From an uncultured virus (IMG/VR IMGVR_UViG_3300026116_000038) (taxonomy: Duplodnaviria > Heunggongvirae > Uroviricota > Caudoviricetes): DNA of 64,000 bases. Under the pieces are notes generated by a model, which had not been told where the DNA came from, searched no databases, and worked only from the letters and a program-made list of their open reading frames with translations. This document shows positions 20,174-27,714 of the stretch, piece by piece (the stretch's first letter is position 1; the number at the start of each line of letters is the position of its first letter). The stretch is from the IMG/VR virus record IMGVR_UViG_3300026116_000038. One strand, given 5' to 3'. Both the position numbers and the translations under genes were made by a program.

Positions 20174-22270
20174 ATGGAACCAGTTAAAAAATCCAACGCT
20201 CGTAAAACTTCAACCTCTGAAACGAAAGTGTATTCTTATGGAGCTTTTCTTCCTAAAGAATCAGAGCAAATTAAATTAATTAATGATCAATTATATTTTG
20301 CGCATAAATACCGAAACAAACTTGTAGAAATTGAACGAAAGCGTCGAAATCGCTTCCGTAACCTTCGTAAATTAATGTCACCAGAATTACGTCAGCTGGA
20401 AAACGATCTACTTCTCACTGAAGAGAAAATTATTGAATTACGTAAAAGTTTTGGCGGCCGTGCGGAAAATAGTTTAGATCCTAAATTTCCTAAAAAAAAT
20501 CGTCAGTTAACTCCGCAAGCTGTAGAAATTAAGGATTTAAAATTAAAGAAAAAAGATTTAAGTGCTAAGATTAAATCTATTCATACTCAATTAAATTTAG
20601 ATTATTTCAAAGAAGCTGATAGTAAATTTTCTCTTCTAAAGAAAGAACGCTTAGAACAAAAAGCTAAAGAATTAAATAAGGATTCTCTTGGTCCAAATGA
20701 TGTTAATCGTCACAATGTAGTGAATAATCTCTACAAAGAAATGATTGATGGTGGAAATAGGTTTTGGGCTATCAAAGCGAAAATTTCTAAATCAGCTGAA
20801 GCATCAAATAAACGAGCAAGAAGTAATTGCAAATGCTCAAGTGGAACTTATGTTAGTATTGAAGAGGCTGCAAAACAATCCTTTTCAAATTCTAAATTTG
20901 AGCCAAAATTTAAATCATTTGATGGTTCAGGAAAAATTGGCATGCAGCTTACTCAAAATAAAGGTCTGTCAATTAAAGATGCCCTAAGTGGGTCAAGTCC
21001 TGTTCTTAAGATTGATTTACATCCAGAAGTTTATTTACGGCAAAATAAAAAGAAAAATAAAGTTTTAGCTACAGCGCGCATTAAACTTTTTGGCACTGAA
21101 AAAACTGGAAAGTTTGTAGATATTCCTTTTATTATGCATCGCCAAATGCCAGAAGATGCTACAATTAAATGGGTATTTTTAGTTGTATCTAAAATTGGAT
21201 ATCGTAGTATTTATAATATTCAATTTACGATTGAGTCTAATTCATTTACTCAGCCTTCAGCTATTCGTCCAGATGATGTTGCTATTAATTTAGGATGGAA
21301 AGTAAATGATCAAACAGATGATATTACCGTTGCTACTAGCTTTGATGGTAAAAATTATAATGAATTAATTTTGCCTTCTAAGATGCGTGCAAATATAGTT
21401 TATAAAGAAACATTGATTAGTCATGCTGATAAACATTTTGATTCTGTTAAGAAAGATGTATCAAAATGGTTAAAGAATTCAAATTTAGATGAATGTATTA
21501 CGAAATATTTCACAAATTTGCCACAGTGGAGATCGCATAAAAAACTTCTATTCGTCTCTAAAGAATTAGCTAAAGTATTTTTACCAGATAATACTTGGTA
21601 TGATCTTTGGAAAAAATGGAAAACTCATTGTAAAGAAAATAAACCTTGGAAAAATTGTAGTGATAAAGATGATTTATTTACAACATTAGATAATACTATT
21701 CAGTGGTGTAAAGATAATTCGATTGATGATCCCAATGTTCAGATGGCTTTTTATTTAAAGACTTGGGCAGAAAAAGAAATTCATTTAATTAATTGGGCCC
21801 GTGGTATTGAATCAAAACTTCGAAAACATCGAAAAGAAATTTACCGTTGTTTTGCAAAGAAGTTATCTAGCACCTATGGAAAGGTTATCGTTGAAAACTG
21901 GGATAAATCTAAAACTGCCGAAACTCCTGATGTTGAAAATGATAATCGTACAAAGCAAGAAGAAAATGCTAATGCGGTGCGTCAATTTGTTGGAGTAAGT
22001 GTTTTAACTGACGCACTAAAGCAGAAATTTGGAAAAGATTTTTGTGAAGAAAACGCAAAAAATATTTCTAAAGAACATTTTAAATGTGGCGGAGAATTAA
22101 TTAATCAAAAAGAATTATCAGACGTACATTGTAAAAAATGTAATAAATCTGTAAACGTTAATTACAATGCGGCAGCTCACTTGTTTGATCGACATGGCGA
22201 GCGGTCTGGTGCTGTGAAATTACCCGGAACCGCTCGCAAAACACGTAAGTCACCAGAATTATTAGCTTAA
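20174..22270 (+). CDS. cas12m: type V CRISPR effector, Cas12m-like (V-M / V-U1 / C2c4), predicted DNase-inactive RuvC
   Basis: Motifs collinear with Cas12m as recalled: QLYFAHKYRNKLVEIE, FDGSGKIGMQL, DIPFIMHRQMP, VAINLGWK (RuvC-I, N372), QWRS, HRKEIYR, VIVENWD (E574), HxxC...CxxC Zn finger, NVNYNAA (RuvC-III, N663); CRISPR array immediately downstream. Confidence 0.85.
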   Translation: MEPVKKSNARKTSTSETKVYSYGAFLPKESEQIKLINDQLYFAHKYRNKLVEIERKRRNRFRNLRKLMSPELRQLENDLLLTEEKIIELRKSFGGRAENSLDPKFPKKNRQLTPQAVEIKDLKLKKKDLSAKIKSIHTQLNLDYFKEADSKFSLLKKERLEQKAKELNKDSLGPNDVNRHNVVNNLYKEMIDGGNRFWAIKAKISKSAEASNKRARSNCKCSSGTYVSIEEAAKQSFSNSKFEPKFKSFDGSGKIGMQLTQNKGLSIKDALSGSSPVLKIDLHPEVYLRQNKKKNKVLATARIKLFGTEKTGKFVDIPFIMHRQMPEDATIKWVFLVVSKIGYRSIYNIQFTIESNSFTQPSAIRPDDVAINLGWKVNDQTDDITVATSFDGKNYNELILPSKMRANIVYKETLISHADKHFDSVKKDVSKWLKNSNLDECITKYFTNLPQWRSHKKLLFVSKELAKVFLPDNTWYDLWKKWKTHCKENKPWKNCSDKDDLFTTLDNTIQWCKDNSIDDPNVQMAFYLKTWAEKEIHLINWARGIESKLRKHRKEIYRCFAKKLSSTYGKVIVENWDKSKTAETPDVENDNRTKQEENANAVRQFVGVSVLTDALKQKFGKDFCEENAKNISKEHFKCGGELINQKELSDVHCKKCNKSVNVNYNAAAHLFDRHGERSGAVKLPGTARKTRKSPELLA

Positions 22271-22276
22271 ATTTGG

Positions 22277-22305
22277 TTGACGTTTGCCTGAATCGTGACT
22301 ATAAT
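22277..22305 (+). promoter_or_regulatory. CRISPR leader promoter
   Basis: TTGACG-N17-TATAAT, 80 bp upstream of repeat 1; sets the array orientation as +. Confidence 0.8.
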
Positions 22306-22385
22306 CATTGCGTGATGGGGTGTAAACGTAACCTCTCGCAATGTGCTTCGTAGATCTTTGAAAATATAAGTAATTTTGATCGCCC

Positions 22386-23721
22386 GTTGGCAATAGAAGC
22401 TAACCTCTATAAGCGTTAGACCTGTAATAGATGTTGGCAGCCATTTTTGCACCCACTGTTGGCAATAGAAGCTAACCTCTATAAGCGTTAGACCGATTCT
22501 GCCATTACTTTCCAGCGGGATCTAAGTCGGTTGGCAATAGAAGCTAACCTCTATAAGCGTTAGACCGCATCCAAGTAGGCGCCAAGTTTATCCCCCTTGG
22601 TGTTGGCAATAGAAGCTAACCTCTATAAGAGTTAGACGACACTTTGAATCGAAATGCTCACGTTAGGTATGACTGCGTCAATAGAAGCTAACTTCTATAA
22701 AAGTTAGACTATGACGAACAGTGCAAAGGCGAAAACACACTAGGCAGTAATTTAATTACATCATCAATAGTAGCTAATCTCTATAAGAATTAGACAGATT
22801 GTGACAGAAATTTTAACAAAATAACAAACGTCAGCAATAGAAGCTAACCTTTATAAGAGTTAGGCTTGCGGCCAGTCACCAACGCAGTCTCCGGTTCTTA
22901 CGTTATCAACAATAGAAACTAACCTCTATAAGAGTTAGGCGGGCCTGGCGTCACTGAGGGCGGTCAGTAATAGAAACTAACCTCTATAAGAGTTTAGACG
23001 TGAGGATTAAATGATGGTGTCGAGTGCCACTCTCGACTGGCATCAATAGAAACTAACATCTATAAGAGTTAAATGCGTAAAGCTGCTGACCGATCAAAAA
23101 AATAGTGCGAAGTCAGCAATAGAAGCTAACCTCTCTAAGAGTTAGACGAAATGGTGATGGCAGACATCCTCCACCACATAGCGGCATCAATAGAAACTAA
23201 CCTCTATAAGAGTTAGACGGCCCTCCAACCGCAAATCGCGCGAAGCGGTCGATGTCAATAATAGAAGCTAACCTCTATGAGAGTTAGATTAGTCGTCCGA
23301 ATATCTTATTCTTTCTCACCGGCCCGTCAGTAATAGAAGCTAACCTCTATGAGAGTTAGGCAAATAATAGTCCACGTACTAGACATCATCGTCACCATAT
23401 TAGCAATAGAAACTAACCTCTATAAGAGTTAGGCCCGAGACTAAATGGTGGGATCGAGTGCCACTTTCAACAGCATCAATAGAAGCTAACCTCTATAAGA
23501 GTTAGACACGTTTCTCGTCGACATGATTAAATTTGGCTTCAACAAACAATATCAGCTAACTAATATAAGAATTAACGACAGTAAGAAGTTCAATCGCACT
23601 GAAACAAGATATTAAGTAATAGTTGCTAACTACTATAAATGTTAGACTACAACGGCGGTATCATGATGATATTTGAAAGATCAAGCAAATAATAGCAGCT
23701 AATCGCTAAAAAGAATTAGAC
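22386..23721 (+). CRISPR. CRISPR array, 19 repeats (36-bp consensus GTTGGCAATAGAAGCTAACCTCTATAAG(C/A)GTTAGAC) and 18 spacers (22-50 bp, mostly 34-39)
   Basis: Repeat starts approx. 22386, 22458, 22530, 22602, 22674, 22760, 22830, 22905, 22963, 23039, 23112, 23183, 23254, 23326, 23399, 23472, 23542, 23612, 23685. First three identical; later copies degenerate but keep the CTAAC/GTTAG hairpin. Confidence 0.95.
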
Positions 23722-23875
23722 CAGTTTCTGCACTATGCTGTTTATTAAATAATAAGCCGCTTGACAATGTAATTAAATACAGTACGAAGATTACGGATTG
23801 TAAATATCAGGTAACCGTAATAATATTTAAAGCAGATATTGTAATAATAACTTAATTATACCTTAAAATTAAAGT

Positions 23876-24580
23876 TTACTTGGATTTTAAATGTTTGCGA
23901 ATAGCATTATCACTTACACCTAATTTTCGTCCAACTGCTGAGTAATTAGATTCTGAAAGCATTTTCAATAATTCTTCATTTGAAGGCCATTGAATTTTAG
24001 TTTGACGGAAAAATTTGATTCTATCACGTAAATTTTCTCTATCTAAAAAATTAGATAATGCAGTAGAAGATACTTCTAACCATAAAGCTGTTTTATTTAA
24101 ATTAGTATTATTTATACTTTCAATAATTTTATTAATTTCTTCTTCAGTTTTATTGATTAATTCTTTACATATGTGACTTTTTAATTCAATATTAATAATA
24201 TGTTCATCGAAATTACTCATGTCTAAATGTGGATTATGATGATGAGTATGACATAGATGACATAATAATTGGCATTTTTCCACCTCAAGTGTTAATTCTT
24301 TTAAAGATCTATTTCCTAGGGACCTTCCATCAACATTAAATTTTTTTTTACTAGGGTCTATATGATGAAAAACTAATCCAGCCATGTTTTGTTTATACCC
24401 GCAAATTTCACAACATCCTCCCTTTTTATTTATAAAGTATAGTTTTCTATTGATTCCGCGGTCTTTTTGTATAGAATAATTATTATTTTTTGAATTAAAA
24501 TATTTTGTTTTACAAGTTTGTGAACAAAATTTTGATTGACAATTTTCAATTTCAGTATTACATATTACACATAAGTTCAT
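23876..24580 (-). CDS. HNH homing endonuclease-like protein with Zn ribbon and C-terminal HTH
   Basis: CEICGY...LVFHHIDP...KCQLLCHLCHTHHH; YSAVGRKLGVSDNAIRK; next to a tRNA gene. Confidence 0.85.
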   Translation of the reverse strand: MNLCVICNTEIENCQSKFCSQTCKTKYFNSKNNNYSIQKDRGINRKLYFINKKGGCCEICGYKQNMAGLVFHHIDPSKKKFNVDGRSLGNRSLKELTLEVEKCQLLCHLCHTHHHNPHLDMSNFDEHIINIELKSHICKELINKTEEEINKIIESINNTNLNKTALWLEVSSTALSNFLDRENLRDRIKFFRQTKIQWPSNEELLKMLSESNYSAVGRKLGVSDNAIRKHLKSK

Positions 24581-24649
24581 ACCATTCCTCTCGATGTTAT
24601 GAACTTATTCAGATTTATTAATAGATTTTATAAAGAATTTTAAAAACGC

Positions 24650-24678
24650 TTGACAATATAAGTTAATGAACTTAGACT
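24650..24678 (+). promoter_or_regulatory. sigma70 promoter for the tRNA-Ile2/tilS unit
   Basis: TTGACA-N17-TAGACT. Confidence 0.7.
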
Positions 24679-24698
24679 AAAGATAGTACAAACATTAC

Positions 24699-24776
24699 GG
24701 GCCGTTAGCTCAATAGGTCTAGAGCAAAAAACTCATAATTTTGAGGCTGTAGGTTCAAGTCCTACACGGCCCACCA
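24699..24776 (+). tRNA. tRNA with CAT anticodon, most likely tRNA-Ile2 (lysidine-modified)
   Basis: GGGCCGT/ACGGCCC acceptor with C4-G69 and C5-G68, A73, encoded CCA; loop CTCATAA; adjacent to tilS. Confidence 0.9.
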
Positions 24777-24802
24777 TTTTTAATAAAATGAAATTGGAGC
24801 AA

Positions 24803-24838
24803 AATATTAATATCAGCTAACCGATATAAGAGTTAGAT
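24803..24838 (+). repeat. orphan copy of the CRISPR repeat
   Basis: AATATTAATATCAGCTAACCGATATAAGAGTTAGAT; shares AATATCAGCTAAC with array repeat 17 and TATAAGAGTTAGA with most repeats. Confidence 0.8.
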
Positions 24839-24843
24839 AAAAA

Positions 24844-25536
24844 ATGAAACTCGAACGAAATATTCACAAAGCATTAACTGAATCAATTAATCGAAACTAT
24901 AAAACTCCTACTAAATTTACTTTAGGAGTATCTGGTGGTTCTGATTCACAATGTTTGCTTGTATCTTTTCCTCGAGTAGCAAGAGAATTGGGTCATGATT
25001 GTATTGCAGTAGGAATCAATCATGGTCTAAGAAATGAAGCTAATTCAGAACTTGATTTAGCAGAAAATCTTGCTTTAAAAATCAATGTTCCTTTTTATCG
25101 CAAGGTGGTAAAAGTGATTGATGGTCCGGAAGGAATACAATCACATGCAAGGAAAGCAAGATATGATGCATTGTTTGAATATGGCAATGTAATAGTAACT
25201 GCACATCATTTTGACGATTATGCAGAGACTGTTATGATCAGACTTTTGCGTGGTAAAAATATTGGCTCATTAAATGTTTTGCCAGAAGTGTCTAATAATG
25301 GTATTGGAATTTTCAGGCCATTACTCTCTGTACCTAAAAACAGAATTTTAGCACATTTAAAGCGGTGGAATATTTTATATGCAAATGATCCGTCAAATGA
25401 GAATATGGATTATTTAAGAGTTAAAGTTAGAAAAGAAATTCTACCTTTATTAGAAAGTATTAATCCTCAAATTAAAAATAGACTGGTAGAAATTTCACAA
25501 GAATTACAAATTGGAAATCAATTAAATAATTTATAA
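24844..25536 (+). CDS. tilS: tRNA(Ile)-lysidine synthetase (catalytic domain only)
   Basis: GVSGGSDS PP-loop, NHGLR, ARKARY, TAHHFDDYAET, RPLL, DPSN..R..VR. Confidence 0.92.
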   Translation: MKLERNIHKALTESINRNYKTPTKFTLGVSGGSDSQCLLVSFPRVARELGHDCIAVGINHGLRNEANSELDLAENLALKINVPFYRKVVKVIDGPEGIQSHARKARYDALFEYGNVIVTAHHFDDYAETVMIRLLRGKNIGSLNVLPEVSNNGIGIFRPLLSVPKNRILAHLKRWNILYANDPSNENMDYLRVKVRKEILPLLESINPQIKNRLVEISQELQIGNQLNNL

Positions 25537-25915
25537 TGGAAAAATTTATTGTTATACTTATAGTTTTAATATTACTTATTTTTATATATTTAAATATACG
25601 AACTAAGCTACGTGGAAGATGTAAAAATTGTGGATGTAAAACTACTCGAGCTTATTGTTGGTATTGTGAAATAGGTATAAATAAATGAAAAACGAAGATT
25701 ATATAACAAAAGAAGAATTATTATCTATTCTTAATAAAATAGAAGATAGGGCTAGATTATATAATAATTTAGAAACAAAATATAATCCTGTTTTGGAAGC
25801 TAAAATTTCTATTTGTTCAGAATTAATACAATTGTTAACATTCAATAAAATATTATATTAAATATAATTAATCTTTAGATTTAATTATAAAAAACTTTGA
25901 GAATATATTTATTAG

Positions 25916-26152
25916 ATGAAATATAAAATCAAAATGAAACCGAATAATTATAATAGAAATTATTATACAAGTGATTGTGGTATTTTTACTGCTTATTATT
26001 CTACATATTGTGGTTTACATAATGTAAGTGGCCCGGCGATAAAATATCATGATGAAAGATTTTTTTATAAAAACGAATATTGGTTAAACAATATTCATTA
26101 TTCAGATATAAAAAATGATGAAGAGTGGTTAATATTTCAAATAATTAATTGA
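25916..26152 (+). CDS. family A member with a single repeat
   Basis: HNVSGPA plus tail [12 protein letters not shown]. Confidence 0.75.
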   Translation: MKYKIKMKPNNYNRNYYTSDCGIFTAYYSTYCGLHNVSGPAIKYHDERFFYKNEYWLNNIHYSDIKNDEEWLIFQIIN

Positions 26153-26155
26153 AAA

Positions 26156-26428
26156 ATGATTAAAATATACAGCAAAGAATTTGAAAATCGCATTGAATGG
26201 TATAAAGAAAATGATAATGAAGGATATTTGATCTACCATAGAGAAGATGGTCCGGCAATAGAATGGTATGATGGAACAAAATGGTGGTATCAAAATGGAA
26301 GACGCCACAGAACAGATGGTCCTGCTATAGAATGCATTGATGGTCGTAAAGCATATTATTTATATGGGAAACATTATCCAGATATTAAAACTGATGAAGA
26401 ATGGGTTATATTCCAAATATTAAATTAA
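26156..26428 (+). CDS. HRxDGPA repeat protein, family A
   Basis: 2 repeats plus tail. Confidence 0.85.
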   Translation: MIKIYSKEFENRIEWYKENDNEGYLIYHREDGPAIEWYDGTKWWYQNGRRHRTDGPAIECIDGRKAYYLYGKHYPDIKTDEEWVIFQILN

Positions 26429-26757
26429 TGACAAAAATATATTCAAAAATAGAGTATTGTAATATTTATTGGTATAAAGAAGGTACAGATATTTTACATA
26501 GAGAAGATGGTCCGGCTGTAGAATATGCTGATGGAGAAAAGCGATGGTACCAAAATGGGAAAATTCACAGAGTAGATGGTCCAGCAATAGAATATCCTAA
26601 TGGAAGTAGATGGTGGGTTATTAATGGACAGTTTCATAGGACAGATGGTCCAGCTTTAGAAATGAAGAATAGTTATAAGCAATATTGGTTGTATGGAAAT
26701 GAATATTCAAATATTCACTCTGACGAAGAGTGGATTATATTTCAAATATTAAATTAA
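26428..26757 (+). CDS. HRxDGPA repeat protein, family A
   Basis: Start adjusted to MTKIYS (TAATG overlap); 3 repeats plus tail. Confidence 0.85.
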   Translation: MTKIYSKIEYCNIYWYKEGTDILHREDGPAVEYADGEKRWYQNGKIHRVDGPAIEYPNGSRWWVINGQFHRTDGPALEMKNSYKQYWLYGNEYSNIHSDEEWIIFQILN

Positions 26758-26758
26758 T

Positions 26759-27091
26759 ATGACAAAAGTTTATTCAAAAACAGATAAATACGGAAATATT
26801 TTTTGGTATAAAGAAGGTACAACTATTCTTCATAGAGAAGATGGCGCTGCTGTAGAATATTTTAATGGTAATAAATATTGGTATCAATATGGATTGCTTC
26901 ATAGAAAAAATGGTCCAGCAATAGAATTTTCTAATGGTGATAAATGTTGGTATCAAAATGGATTATGCCATAGAGTTGATGGTCCAGCAATGGAATCCCC
27001 AAATGAATATAAAAGTTATTTTTTAAATGGAAAAGATTATCCAGATATTCAAACTGATGAAGAATGGTTAATATTTCAAATAGTGAATTAA
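26759..27091 (+). CDS. HRxDGPA repeat protein, family A
   Basis: 3 repeats plus tail. Confidence 0.85.
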   Translation: MTKVYSKTDKYGNIFWYKEGTTILHREDGAAVEYFNGNKYWYQYGLLHRKNGPAIEFSNGDKCWYQNGLCHRVDGPAMESPNEYKSYFLNGKDYPDIQTDEEWLIFQIVN

Positions 27092-27106
27092 AAAAATCGC
27101 TAAGAG

Positions 27107-27135
27107 TTGACAATTAAATATTATTAATTTATAAT
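27107..27135 (+). promoter_or_regulatory. consensus sigma70 promoter
   Basis: TTGACA-N17-TATAAT, perfect match. Confidence 0.8.
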
Positions 27136-27144
27136 AAATTCATT

Positions 27145-27714
27145 ATGAATGATAAAGAATTTTCAAGATTAGAAGCATTATTTAATTTAGCAATAAATAA
27201 TTCTGATATAAATGAAGTAAGAAACGCTTCAGTTTTATTTGTAAAAATGATTAAACATCATAATTTACTTTCATCTATTAAAAATACAATTATTAATTCA
27301 AACGATTTTAAACCCAAGGAATCAAATTCAAATAATAAAAAAAATTCATCAAAAAATGTAAATGAAGAAGATTTATATAATGAAGAAGATTCATATAATG
27401 AAGAAGATTCATATAATGAAAATTATAGATATTTATCATTTAAACATATTAATTATAATTTTCTAATTTCAACTAAATGTGTAACTATAGTTGACTATAT
27501 TATTAAATTTTTAAAACACAATAAACTTAATTATAATAAAAGTTATATTATAAGTGTAACACAAATTACAAATATAGCTTTAAAAGATCTAATAATTAAT
27601 TATAATGAAATAAGTAAATTTACAAAATATATTAAAGTTCAATTAAATGACGCCGTGCTTCATAATGAATTGATTGGAATTCGTGGAAGAAATGGCGGAT
27701 ATACTCTTAAATGA
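27145..27714 (+). CDS. hypothetical protein with NEEDSY repeats and a C-terminal Rrf2-like wing motif
   Basis: 18-bp tandem repeats at 27361-27420; ends GIRGRNGGYTLK. Confidence 0.55.
   Translation: MNDKEFSRLEALFNLAINNSDINEVRNASVLFVKMIKHHNLLSSIKNTIINSNDFKPKESNSNNKKNSSKNVNEEDLYNEEDSYNEEDSYNENYRYLSFKHINYNFLISTKCVTIVDYIIKFLKHNKLNYNKSYIISVTQITNIALKDLIINYNEISKFTKYIKVQLNDAVLHNELIGIRGRNGGYTLK

Noticed and set aside
20174..22270. IS200/IS605 TnpB transposon
   Set aside because: Too long (698 aa), no TnpA or IS ends seen, adjacent CRISPR array, Cas12m-type motifs.
20745..22452. ORFs 20745..20987, 21801..21998 and 22267..22452(-)
   Set aside because: Out-of-frame overlaps of cas12m, or antisense across the leader and first repeat.
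23435..23471. Complete CIRCE operator in spacers 9 and 15
   Set aside because: Only one half-site (GAGTGCCA) is present, with no partner at 9-nt spacing.
23722..23875. tracrRNA/anti-repeat downstream of the array
   Set aside because: No clear complement to the repeat found by eye, and characterised Cas12m does not need a tracrRNA.
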